Source: Bugula neritina (taxonomy: Eukaryota > Animalia > Bryozoa). From it: 64,000 nucleotides of DNA. Numbering within the stretch: position 1 is the stretch's first letter; each line of letters starts with the position of its first letter. The stretch spans positions 8,500,973 through 8,564,972 of the forward strand of contig OZ037770.1 of NCBI GenBank assembly GCA_964035545.1. Reading direction: 5' to 3'. This document shows, one piece after another, positions 26,701-39,600 of the stretch. The notes beneath the pieces were generated by a model. That model searched no databases. It was given only the letters and a program-made list of their open reading frames with translations, and was not told the origin of the DNA. A program made the translations under genes and the position numbers.

Positions 26701-29633
26701 TGAACAGACTTGCTAAGTATTCAATAGACTACACATTACTGTTTGCTGGAGATTAGCAATGGAAGCAATCAGAATTATAATTGCATGTTTTACTACAATA
26801 TATTGTAGTTTTACACTGTGCACTGAAACTACTGAAGTGTGAATTTAATAATTAAACTAATGCTAGAGCACTATCTCTTGTAATTATGAAAAAAAAAAAG
26901 ACCACAAGAATTTTCCCTGAATAAGAGTGTCTTGCAGGTCAAGCCTACTGCTGCACAAGTAATTGAAAAGTATACAATAAGCAATAAGTGTAGAACTGTA
27001 CGCGAGCAAAGCAAATCCAACTAAAATGTATCGCTACAATTCATCTCCTTATATAGCTAGATGCTCTCCTTTGTAAATTAAAATGAAGTTGTGTTATCAC
27101 AAACTACAGACTAAGGCACGATAACTGAGTAGTTGCATGTATATAGATATTTTATTCTAATGAGTTAAACTTCGTATGATTTGCTGAATTAACAGGAAAA
27201 GCAAAATTAATTTGGTTGTGCAAATGGATATTTCACTGTTTTCACTGATATTCTACTTTATAAGACTTATAGGAAAATTGATGCTCCATGGCAACTTAAG
27301 TACTGAAATTAGTAGTCAAGTGTTAGTGCACTTTTGGCATTTTCTCTAGTCGAAACCACCGTGGCTAAGGAATTGTTTTCTATTGGTGCAAAAAAGCAAA
27401 AAATGCCATTTCTAACAAAACCTATTATATGGCCTTTTGCTTGCAATTGAACAGCTGACTGTGTTTACTAAGCCAGTGCTCTAGTAGGCTAACTAAACTA
27501 TATGACTGCTACTAATCTTCTGACACTATGGTATTTTGCAAATTGAAATAGCACTAACAATTGAAAAAACACAACAGTTAAATAAATTTATGGGATATGA
27601 GTCTCAAAGCTTCAGTTTGTGAAAGTAGAATAATATATTTAACTCACAGATATGTTAAATTCAGCCATTTTGCCTTTATTTGTACATACATAAGCAATGA
27701 AGCAGAGTTTTAGCCCTTCTCGAGATCTATGGATTTCATGAGAAAGGGATCTGTGAGCTAAGGGGAGTGCACTGTATTATCTTATTGGACATCAATGCCC
27801 AATAAGGTTAAAACATGTTCACTCAATCAACATGCTTTCAAAATGTCCTGCAAGCCTTGACAAAGCTTTTTAAATCAAGCAGTGCAAGATCCTGAACAAA
27901 ATGTCAACCACTGAACATTTCAGCCGCAGGCTTTAAGAAATTTAGTATTTCAAAAAGTACAATTTCTAGTAAGTATTTAGGTGAGACTGATTTACACAGA
28001 GTGTTTTATATAGTTCATTGGAAATTAGAATTTGCAGAATCACTGCTGCTAGAAATAGTTTACTGTACATTACCACAACAATAAATAAGACCATTATATG
28101 GTTTACAATATTTTCCAAAAATATAGGTTCACTTGAATTTTATTAGGCAAATGCTTGCAATTACTAGAGTTGACAAGTAAATAAATAAGTCTATTTAAAC
28201 TCAATATGTCTTTCAAGAACATCTGTTACTTACCCCATAGTGATCTTTTAGATGAGATTTATCAAACTCTCTGTAGCCACTCCATTCATGGTAGTACTTG
28301 CTCTTTATGCCTAATTTGAACAAGTTCTCAGCTGTAATGTGTGTGATGTAGCTCTTGCCAATGCCAGTCAATCCATGGAATGATATTGCTAATGGGTTTT
28401 TTGATGGGTTTTTCAGGTGGCCAGGAATCATGCGTGAAGCTACGTTCGCGGCTATGTGTTGGCCATGCAGTCTTTTTTCTAAGTCCTTGGCAAACCCTAC
28501 AACAAATCCAAAGCCATTTAAAATGAAAAGTGCTTGCTCCGCACTCATCAAAACTTTCATCAAACTGATGCATCAGTGTGTACATAATCAAGTATTATAA
28601 AAGTAAAATTTACCAGCACAGTAATAGGCCATACTTTCATTTGCTTTAACCTTGTAGTAATTAGTAAGCAAATGAAAGCTGTGGTGTTGTGATTCCTTAT
28701 TACTCTTTATTAGGTAATAGTTAGTTTGGCAAGCTATATAGCTTGCAAGTTACCAGTCCAAGGTTTGATTTTGGTGAGGACAGCTATTTTACAAAAGTAC
28801 AATTACATAAATTGGGAATTGAGTTGGTGAAATCAAATCGGCAGCTGAGCTCTGTGTGGTTAAAGATGGTACTAATAGTAAACGCAGATGCTGTTATAAA
28901 TTTACACGCCATTTGAAATATAGTTTTCTGGCTTGTTCAATATGTTCATGTATATGTTAAGAAATGGTAGTTTAATAAGTCATAAACCAGCATCTAGCAG
29001 CTTACTTTTAACGTTTTTGTGCCCAAGTACTGCAATGCTTTAGATAAATTCTGATAAGTTTTTTATACTTATTTTGTTATAAGATACATTTGCCAAATAA
29101 CCTTAAAAGTAATCCTTTCTTGAATAATAATCAAAAATGCTGAGTAAGTCATCGTCATTTACCCAGAATTTTTTAATACAAAAATAAGTACAAGTCCCAT
29201 TGATATTTTTGCCATGTTCATGAACGTGTTGAACCATTTTTGTAAAAGCTAAAAAAGATTACTCATGAATCTATCAGCTAGTAGCCTTACTCAAAGTTAG
29301 TTAGTAAACAAAATCCTCAAAACTGTTGTTTTTTATTTATTGAAATAGTTTATTAATCTAGCCTGCATTTAAAGAAAGGTTGAGCTCTGGGCATGAGTCT
29401 GTTGCTGTACAAGCAGATAAAATGGCTTACACAACTAGCAGATCACCTCGTTGGAACAACCTGCGTTCTTAAATTACCTTTAATAGATAGTTAAGTATAC
29501 CTATTAGAGAGAGGTTGATCCACTTGTCGGTGTCACAAGACTCTCCTTCTTCGGCACGAGGAAAATTCCAATAGATTAGCGCCAGTGAAACAACTACAAT
29601 TCCACAGATGAGCCACAAAGTTCGGCGAACCAT
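17791..29633 (-). CDS. Torsin-family AAA+ ATPase, paralog C, complete 5-exon model (29633-29501, 28496-28234, 20879-20701, 20141-20026, 18077-17791), ~325 aa
   Basis: Leader MVRRTLWLICGIVVVSLALIYW; LHGQHIA; FHGLTGIGKSY; altered Walker B CPYQMFVFNEVHLM; FFFLSNGGG; YVPFLPLEREHVRDC; GCK; C-terminal HEEL. Same intron phases as paralog B. Confidence 0.85.
18403..18717. mobile_element. PIF/Harbinger-type MITE, copy 1
   Basis: TIR agcctggcctcaca / tgcgaggccaggcct with TAA/TTA flanks. Internally similar to 22903-23282. Confidence 0.7.
19090..19228. repeat. (TACTTG)n microsatellite
   Basis: Direct inspection. Confidence 0.97.
21900..23920 (+). mobile_element. Degenerate Gypsy-like element (putative LTR, PBS-like tggcagc at ~22074, gag/protease remnants)
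   Basis: Gag-like PPTFGKDGDVEQFIREFGDVATIAEWSAPVRLLKLRTCLTDQA (~22258-22386). GC-richer tract with a protease-like EVAILGMSFL segment. Interrupted by a MITE. Confidence 0.6.
22903..23282. mobile_element. PIF/Harbinger-type MITE, copy 2
   Basis: TIR aggcttggccacacact / agtgtgtggctaggcct with exact TAA TSD on both sides. Confidence 0.78.
25210..26690 (+). mobile_element. Possible LTR-retrotransposon 3' remnant
   Basis: Integrase C-terminal-like VWVK...KQWVLGKLTGVTSKHTV (~25580-25665). Purine tract gcaggtaagggga followed by an LTR-like segment ending ...aataca. Confidence 0.35.
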
Positions 29634-30550
29634 TTTTGATCTACAGTCTACACTCCTCTAAACTGAAAGCAGCCCATGCAACCTTTCAAGAAGATGTGAA
29701 CAAAATTATAACTCTCAGCCTTAAACAAGAGCTAGTTGTTAATAAGCAGCAATAATCAGTAATTGAGGTAACCTTCGTCTGATTATGACCAGGGTGATAA
29801 GCACTTTGCAGAAGAAGTGACAAAGATTAAACATACACCGGACATTACGTATATTACATTGACTTATTGTAAAAGAGTACAAAAATAGGTTTCAATTTCT
29901 ATTGAAACTTTAACAATAGCATAGTAAGCCATACTCATAAAAAAATGCTTTTGCATGAAGCATGTCAAACAGTAGCAGTTGAAAATGATTTTACATTGCT
30001 CTCACAGCATGAAATGGCTTTACATTGCGCTCACTGTACGAAATGGCTTTACATTGCGCTCATTGTACGTGGCTAACTAGCTTATAATTCTCAGCTCTTT
30101 TTCAAATGTAAACATACAACCTAATATAACAGTTAGCAAATTTTAGAGTACGTAAATACTATTTTTGTAGTACATGGAGCTGTAAATTAAACAGTTCAAA
30201 ATGCAGTTTGGCCATTCAGGAGTGAAGCTGGTAAAGCAAGATACTTGCTTTGATTGCTGCAAAAGCACATTTCAAGTTTGTTTCAAAAATTGGTGATTTA
30301 ATTTTATCAATAAAAAAAATTGTATCAAATCAACTTTTATTCAATTCATTATTGCAAAACACTTTACATATTATTATAAATGTAGAGGCTAAAAATTTTA
30401 GCATAAGTCTTTGTAAGCTTGAATTTAAACCAACTTTGAAATAACTAGATCGAAAAGTAAGCTAATATGTATAAAATATGAAATATCATCTAAATTGCAA
30501 AAGAAAGTATCGAAACATCTACTATAAGAGGTGAAAGTATCACCCAAATA

Positions 30551-30706
30551 TCAACACTTCACATTCAAAAAATATATTTGTTTTTGCACCAACTTACAGC
30601 CACGCTTGTAATATGTGGAGCCATTCACTTGGTAATCATTCAGTCTACTCAATATTTTCCCTACGTTTCTTTTAAACAAAAAAGCTTTTCACATTTATCT
30701 TTGGAG
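30551..30706 (-). pseudogene. Torsin paralog D pseudogene (3' part of the last exon only)
   Basis: Near copy of torsin B exon 5 (...YYKRGCKLVQKQIYFLNVKC*) with a 1-nt frameshift. Upstream exons are replaced by TE sequence. Confidence 0.8.
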
Positions 30707-31039
30707 GGGGACGGAGCAATATTTTAAAGGCCCATTCCTCCAAAGGTCCATTAGTCCAAAAATTAGTAAATAGTTAAGGGGCATTCTCATTGAGATTACG
30801 CTATGACCAGTGAGCGGCTGCCTCAAATAGGGCTGCATCATCTATCAACATTCCATTATGGCTGCACCCAGACCAAGTACACAGCAAGCTATTCACTAGC
30901 CTGTCAACTAGCATGCTTGTAATTAATGATCTACACCTCAGTATCTTCTCATCTCTACGTGTTCACTGAAGCACGGAGTGCTTAACTCGACCCAAATGCT
31001 AAACCTCATACTCTTACTCTCATATCAAATGAAACTAAC

Positions 31040-31403
31040 ATTGTATTGTCATATAAAGTGAAATACCTTATGGCGTGTTAGTGGATCAAATTTGATATTT
31101 CATGTGTATATGTACAATCAATGGTTACAACAGTATCAAAAAGAATGTATATTGTGAAGAAATTTGTGTATTGTAGTTCTGGAGCTCTAGCAAATATGTT
31201 ATTTAAAAGTTTCATCGTGTCCCTCATCTTCTATTGTCTACGTATTATTTCCACTTGTATCTATGCCAGTGATAAAAACGCTACTAGAAATTATATTTTC
31301 ATAGACTGCTCCAAACTAGGTATTGAGCATCATGATATAGACTTGCATATTTAGAAATTAACTAAAGCACTTGCCATCAAGTATATAATTGACGATGACC
31401 ATT
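31040..31403 (+). mobile_element. LINE 3' RT-tail fragment (L2/CR1-like)
   Basis: VKYLM...SKRMYIVKKF...MLFKSFIVSLIFYC pattern typical of the post-RT region of LINEs. Confidence 0.5.
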
Positions 31404-31852
31404 TGTAGTATTTGGGGGGAACTATACCCCCCAGTACCCCCTACTAAACCCTTACAGTATATTATGGTGCAACTAATGTTTCAAGGACGACAACTTCACT
31501 AGTCATGCCGCAGTCCTGTGAGACACCACATCACTCTCTACGGTGACACCGCCGGAACATTACCTTAACCAATCAGGATCAACCTCTCATCTATAAACAA
31601 TGCCTTCCGGTGCCCATAGCAGTCTAGATAATAGTTGTTAAATATAGGTTAACTTGCATGTAGCAGTTACTTCTTGTATTCTCTTTTCTTTTGTAATTTA
31701 CAATGACTTTTATCGTATTTGAATAACTTACTAATACAGTTCTCTCGTTAAACTTCAACTGGTTCCGTTCTTCACATAACCTTACAGTGGATATGCAGTA
31801 ATTATTCGAGTACACAATAACACCCTCAAGAGTAGTGCACAAAACTACAACA
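31404..31852. mobile_element. Solo LTR
   Basis: TG...CA termini with 4-bp TSD CATT (31400-31403 / 31853-31856). Confidence 0.75.
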
Positions 31853-32266
31853 CATTTCATCAATAAGTTCCTGAGTTAATGCCTCTCTGGAAGACATAGA
31901 ACTGTCAAATATATAGTTCACGATCACCGTTTTATCAATGAGTACCTGAGTCAATGCTCCTCCGGAAGATATAGAACCATCAATTAATATAGAGGAGCAT
32001 GGGGCAGAGAGAGCTTTTAACAACACCTTGTAAATACTTTAAATAATAAGTTATTTTAAATAATCCAACCGAGTTCTGACTTTTTTTCTCATTTTGCTTG
32101 TGCCTACTTATTATAGCCAGTAATTACACTAAATTCCACAAAGTATTTTTATGTCTGTGACATGTAATAAATAAATAAAATCAATTAATCATCAGGTGCC
32201 GGTCACACATGCACGCACGCACATGCACGCACGCACGCACGCACACACATATATGTATATCTCAAT

Positions 32267-32311
32267 ATGTGTACAGCAGCTGTTTCGGGGTTTGTCCCCT
32301 CATCAGCACAG
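32267..32311 (-). ncRNA. Minimal type I hammerhead ribozyme in a ~270-bp PLE-terminus/retrozyme-like unit (~32258-32527)
   Basis: Minus strand: tgtg-CTGATGA-gggg-acaaa-cccc-GAAA-cag-ctg-ctg-TA-caca. The unit is flanked by simple repeats on both sides. Confidence 0.85.
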
Positions 32312-32525
32312 AACAGGGTACCATGGCCAACACTTTCGCTATAGTAGAAACTTATAGTTTTACTAAAGCATGTTTAAAAGGTGTGCAAACCCAAGCCAGA
32401 GTGCTCAAGTGACTCTAGGGGTCACCTAGGAATCACGAGCCTTGCTAAATGCTAGCAGCTTAAGTTTATGACCATGGTTAAAGTGCTCGATCACTTAATG
32501 TCATTGCAGAGCATTGAATGGGAAC

Positions 32526-32725
<200 letters not shown>

Positions 32726-33224
32726 TTCACGGTTTGTTTTACTACATTTGAGCAATTATAGCCTGCTCACCTAAATGACATTAAACAAAATTTTATTATC
32801 ATAAGGGTGTACCAGTAAACCTCCCCAATGATGAGATAAGGTAGGTCCCTAGCTATGACAGTATAACTTATTAGTACATTGCAAGTATCTCTAACAGTAG
32901 GCTACTAGCTGGTGTTCATAAGAAACTCTCTTAATTTAATTTTGCATTAGAATGATCATTCTGTGACTGATATAAATTATGCAGATAGTGGGCAGCTACA
33001 ATGTGGTTGCTGTATAGACATCAAAGCAAGATAATATTTACTCTAGTATCTATAGGTTATGCAGTGTATGTAGTGAAACTCAACATTTATTTTCCTAATA
33101 ATATAAAAAAACTATTAGATTCATATTATTGTTAAAACAGCAGTTCCCGTAATCAATATATGAGCTCAAAATCCTAGGTAAGGGAAAGGTAGTGCATGAA
33201 TAACTTTTTCCAATCCATTTCTTG

Positions 33225-36200
33225 CTAACCAAATAGGCACCTGCAAAGTAAATACTAAGCTTAGAATAAAATACAAAATAAGCACAACGTGTTGCTATAA
33301 AATTACACTTCATAGACTTTATAAATAAGAACAATGTGTAATTGATGTTTACCTAGCGTCGTCAAGGTGACAGCCTCTGATGATGTCACTTCCTGAAAAG
33401 ATACCCGCCCTGCCACACATCGAAGGATTGTAGCTACAACACAGTATAATCATTATATTAGCCACATGCATCTACATATTATTAACTTGTTTAATAACTT
33501 TGCAAAGTGTAGTTACGGACTTGAAGCCCTCTGTTACCATGTTTACCGGCATACAGCATTATTAGCTTGAGGACTCCACTTACTTATCGCTGTCTGGGTG
33601 GCAACTGTAGTCTGGTTTCTTCAGTGCTGTTTGCACACATCCAGGGGCATCAGGGTGACAGCCCGGAGCGCTGCATCTAGCAAGGTCGAACCTGCATGCA
33701 ACACACATTTCCTTTTGTATGACATTTCTTGGTTGAATTAAGATAGAGCCTAGCAAGTTTGATATCTATTAATTAGCCGTTTCTTTGCATTACTTTTAAA
33801 ACTAGAACAGTGATTTTAGATTTTGCAATTTAAAAAAGTGAAAATTTCCATATTTTTAATTTAAAATAAGGTTGGTGACTTGGCGTATGAAAATACTAAC
33901 AAGTACATAACATTATTATTGTATTTCAGCAGCAAACTCCTGTATCAGTCTTATGGAAAAAAGAGAAGATGCATTCATTTTAATATATCATAGAGTGTAG
34001 AGTCTCATCATCATTCTAAACTGACATATTCTATACATTATATCGTAATATTACGCATCAGCCCTATTAAAATGGAGAAGATAAATATTCTTTTAATCTA
34101 GAGTAGAATCTCCTCACATTGCATAATTCTCATGAAATACTGGCACAGTTTCAATTTAGACCTACTTCTCACTGTTTGGATCACAACTATAGGAGCTGCC
34201 GGTGGTCACTGCTGACTTATCTGACTGTACACAATCAGTGTCATCGGGGTGACAATCCTTTCTTCCAGTTTTACTACTTCCTTTTCCACCACATTTTGCG
34301 GAATCGTAACTGAAGGATATAAAATCGTGATGTCTTATTACCAGTTCGGAAAACACTCAGTGTGATTTTCTATAAAATTTCTTTTGCTAGGCATTGTGAA
34401 GCATCTAAAGAATGTTTTATTAATGCTGCTTGGATTGAAACAAAATGCACTTTATTTCTTGTCTAAATTTGTAAAAAATAGATAACATGTAGCAATATAT
34501 AACTGTTCAAAAAGAGTGCTTCGATTTTCCCAATACTGTGGCCCATTGGTAAAACTAAAAACTTGGTTATTCTGTTGCACATATCATTACTATTACAGGT
34601 CTTAGCTATTTTAGTTAACTAATTTATGTGCTTACAATAGTCTATATTTATAAAAGGAAACTTAATTAGTATATAATATTATATAAGCAGTAGTGTTAGC
34701 AAATTTTGATAAAATAGTATGATTTCTATAATATATTTTTCTTCAACTGCAATTTTTTCAAAGCAATTTTTAGTAATAAGAACTGAATTTGAAAGATAAG
34801 AAAACTGGTAAATCTTTCAAACTTACTTGGCGCTGTCTGGATGACAGCTATAGTCAGGTTTCTTGACTTCTGTTTGAACACATCCAGGGGCATCAGGGTG
34901 ACAGCCCGGCGCGCTGCATCTAGCAAGGTCGAATCTACGAGTAGGCAATTAATGAGCATGTATAATGCTAATAATCATTAGATGCAATGAAGACTATATG
35001 GTATTATAATAGCATTACTGACCATAAAATCTAAGTGAAGGAACTCTATAGTTTAGAGACAGCCATGACAAAGTAGCTTGGAATGAATAAAGGAACAGAA
35101 CAATTTGCTTGCTGTACCATTCAAAAACTTTAATTTACGAACAGTTATTATACTGAGTGAAGTAAAGCCATGTGCCATTTATGCTAAACATTATAGGCCT
35201 GCAAACCTCATAGTACTTTTTTGCTGAGCTAAGCTAAGCTTATAGATTAGAAATGACTACTTTGGTCAGTAAATGTATATATTGTATGAATAACAAATGT
35301 ATTAAGTTTGCTGTGGAGTTGTCTATTCGCGTGTGCTCGTGTATTGGATCGCAACTCTCGTAAACCTCTTTTATTTGGAGATTATGCTATATTATATAAA
35401 GTATATTATATATATCTCTCAATCTGTGTACAGCGGCTGTTTCGGGGTTTGACCTCTCATATATATATGAATAAGCCACAGCAACAAAGAAGGCTGATGG
35501 GCGGCGGACGCAACAACACACCGACAACACTGAGTCACCAACAGCACACAAATCTAGTTAGACAGTTGGAGATCGCCATCAACACTGGTGTCATCCACAA
35601 GCACATGCTGAATGTGCCACTCATAGAGCCAAACATTCGTGTCATACATCAGCTACTCCAGCTCTGTCAGACCTACCAGAACAGTGCGGAATCACTTGGC
35701 CAGGTGCAGCGGCGATTTGGTCACAACTCGGTGCAGGCGGAACAGGCAAACAGAAACCTGAACAGCATCAGTGCTCAGATGAAGAATCTGCAGATGCCGT
35801 ATGTCAAGCAAGTTAACCACGAGATGAACAAGCAGCAGTACGTTGGTGGCCCCGGGTCGGTGTTGCGAGGATCATCTCTCTCCGACAACATGTCTGGCCT
35901 GTCACTTACCAACAACTTGTTACCAAACAATCCCGGCCCTGTCACTTCCGCCTCTTCGCAGTCCAGGCTCGGTATCTGGACGGACAAGGCGCCAGGCTCA
36001 TCTAGACAAAGTGGCGTATTTGACAACAATCCCTGGTCATCAGCTGGTGGCTCAGGGGCTTGGGCTAACATGAGTCCTAGTGGCCAATACTTGGACAACC
36101 CAGAATCTCATTCTCTGAATCTTAATGTCACACAATCTAGCCACGCTACCAGCGCTGCATCTAGTTTTGACATCTCAGAGTTTGTGCCCGGAGTACCATG

Positions 36201-36615
36201 GCTGGGAGCCAACTCTCAGAAGGTGGAGGATGACCCCAATATTACTCCAGACAGCGTAGCCAGATCTATTTCAGTCAGCACCACTGCCTCACTCAATCCC
36301 ACAGGTCGCAACAGCACAGATCTTAGCTGGGGGAGCGGCTCCAAGAGTTCCTGGCCAGGCCAGAACCTGGTATCTACATCAGGTGGTGACATGTGGAAGG
36401 CTGGCAATACCCGACCCCCTCCAGAGTTTGGCAAGAACATGAATCGTAGCATGTCTATGCCTCAAGGACCCTCAGAGAAGTCTGCCTTCAGTCCAGTTGG
36501 CTCCAGCTGGGATAACCAGCAGGCTCTGCTGTCCAGTGTGAATGTCCCTTGGCTGCTGCTGCGCACTGTTCCAGCTCTTGGGGACAAATCCCGAAACAGC
36601 TGCTGTCCACAGATT

Positions 36616-36656
<41 letters not shown>

Positions 36657-39600
36657 ATATATATATATATATAACAGTAGTGGGAAATTCTTGTTATAAT
36701 CAGCTGCATGGAACCTATATTTTGACATAACGCAAATATTATGGTTTCTTAAATTGTTGTTTACTAATAACCAGCCCATAATTCTTCAGGTTGTGCCTTG
36801 AAATAGTCTGCTCACAGTAACCAATATAATGCTTATATATAACAAGATAACTTTTGTAATGTTACGAAATAGGATGTTTACAGATATTATAACTTGTAGT
36901 ACAATCACACACAATCACAATGTCATTAACCTCAAATTAGCCTAACCACTAGCTGCTAGTAGTCTACCTAATGCTTCTTTAATCCTACCCCAAAATAGTA
37001 AATTGTAAAATCATACCTCTTACAACACAATAATGTTTATCAAATGGATTAGTATATAAGACAAAACCATTTTTAGTAGTTGCAATATTGTTAGAGTCAT
37101 GCTGTCAGTTTGGACAGCATCAAATTTATGTAAGACTACTAAAGAGTAGCATTATTTGAAAGACTGTGCAAAGCCACAGCATTAACATAACAGTAGACTA
37201 GGAGAGAGAGAAAAGAGGTAATGAACATCTATTTACAATTATATATCGTTATTACATTTTTATGTTATAAAGTTTTTAATAATATGGGCTGTAGTTGCAT
37301 GCTATGTTGAATCATTATTTCATGCTGCTATCTACAATTTATGATATACATTGCTAGTGCTTTTACATACATACTTATTATATTACGTACATTTTGTTTG
37401 CCTTATGCCTTATGTTGTATCATTATTATTTTAGTTTTTACGGTCAGTGTTTGGTCAGTATTTGGTGACTCAAATAAACTCTGATCACGTCTAAAACCCT
37501 CCCTATTCCTAGTCAGGCTGTATAAGCTAGAGTGTCACTCTAAAGCAAGAGTCATAGCAAAGAGTGTCATTCTATAGTAAAAACTCTTTCTCAAGTCCGG
37601 GAGTAAAAACTCTTACTCAAGTCCGGGAGAAAAAAGCTCCATCTCAAGTCCAACAAAAGAAGTCGACAAACGTAAGACGACCACAAAGAGAACCTCACTT
37701 CTACCCACCTCAACTATATAAACATTACTAACATTTATCAGGATTATTCTCAACTACTCTCAACTACATACAAAGGTGACCTGGAATCAGCAGATTGGTG
37801 AGAGATTACCATATAACCCGCACCTTCACATATAAGTGACATAATTATAAAGAAAATAGTTGAATTGAAAGTTATTAGAACAGTTAGGCTTGCATGCAGT
37901 TTTATTTTTTGAAGTATTGTAATTATAGAAACTCCATTTGATAGACATTGTGTCAAAGCCCCATAAAATCAATTAGGATCTCCCTGTTTCTGATTGGGCA
38001 GTTGGGTGCAATCCCTGTGCTGGCATCAGCTGTTTGTTTGCATTAGCTGTTGGCTAGTGATAGTTCTTGACAAACTAGTTCAAACTAGTTTTCCTACTGA
38101 ATTTAGGTTATAAAATAGCTGTAGTAAGTAAATGCATGCTTTTCACTAACTGTCTCTATTACTAACACAGCAACAATGAATGATGACACATCCACATGTA
38201 GTAATAGCATTAGGATTAGCAGCCGAGTCAAAACCCTATCTACAAAGGGAAAACAATTAGAGGTAGAAAAAAGGTTTAAATCTGTCACAAGTGCAATTAA
38301 AAGGTTTAGAAGTAGGCATGCAGCAACAGACAATCATGATAATGAATTTTGGGATGACATACAACGAATTATGTTAGATGCAGATGCTGACTTAGCAATT
38401 CTAAAGTCATTAGCTCCAAGTCATCCTCACCTTGAGGACTTAACACAGCAAATTAACAGTATACATGAACAATGTAAGGGCGAAAGCCATTCAGTACATG
38501 CTAGCAGTAAACACACATCAAAAGCAAGCTCATTCATCTCAGCCAAGACAAAATTGCAAGTTGCACAATTAGAAATTGAAATGGAAGCCATGCAAAGACA
38601 GGCTGAGCTAGAAAGGCAGTTAGCCAATGTCCAGTTGGAATTAAGTAAAAGTAAGCTGTTAGAAAAACAGAAACAACTGAGAATAAGGCAGGAAATAATA
38701 GAGGAACATGATGTAGATGTTAGAGATGAGCTAGCAGAGTATTTAGATAATTGCCAACCAATAGTGAATCAGGAAAGCAATAGTGAAGTTATTTTTAGTA
38801 GGCCAGTAGAAGTTTTGCAAAGCAACCAACCACAGCAAATAGGCAGCATGCAAAACAATGAATCACAGCATTCTACATGCAGTAATGAATACCTGGCCAC
38901 ATGCTTAACAAAAGCAATACAAGCCAACAATGTGCCGAAGCCACCAATATTTAAGGGAAATCCCTTAGACTTTATAGATTGGGAATATGCCATAGAGAGT
39001 TACATCAAGGATAAAATGATAGGTGATGGTGGTAAAATGTATGTCTTGAAACAGCATGTTGATGGACCTGCTAGAGAAGCAATTAGTGGCCTATGCAGTT
39101 TACATACACTAGCAGCATACCAAAAGGCCAGAATAATTTTGAAAGAAAGATTTGGGTCAGAATTCACAGTTGCTAATGAATTTCGAAAGAAAATTAATGC
39201 TTGGCCCAAAATGAAACCACATGAACATAAGCAGATACAATCATTTTCTGACTTCCTCACACATTGCGAAATAGCAGCAAAAGATATTAAAGAGTTGGAA
39301 ATTTTAAATGATTGCGAAAAGAATCTTGAGCTCATGTCCAAGCTGCCAGATAACATGATAAACAGATGGAAGCGGGAGGTAACCACACATAGGAAAAATC
39401 ACAGGAGTTACCCCAGTTTTAGTCAGTTTGTAAAGTTTGTACAAACAGAAGCAGAAATCCTAAATGATCCAATCACTTCATCTTTGTCAGGTTCAAGGGT
39501 CATAGACTCACATAAGCCTCAAAAGCACAACAACAAGGGCATTAGCTTTGCTACTAGCATAGAAAAGCATTCTCCTGATGTTAAAAGTACAGAAAATCAC

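Noticed and set aside
35308-35466. N-terminal extension of the 463-aa ORF
   Set aside because: Starts at TTG and runs through host sequence, (AT)n and the inverted PLE end. It is a chance open frame, not part of TNRC6.
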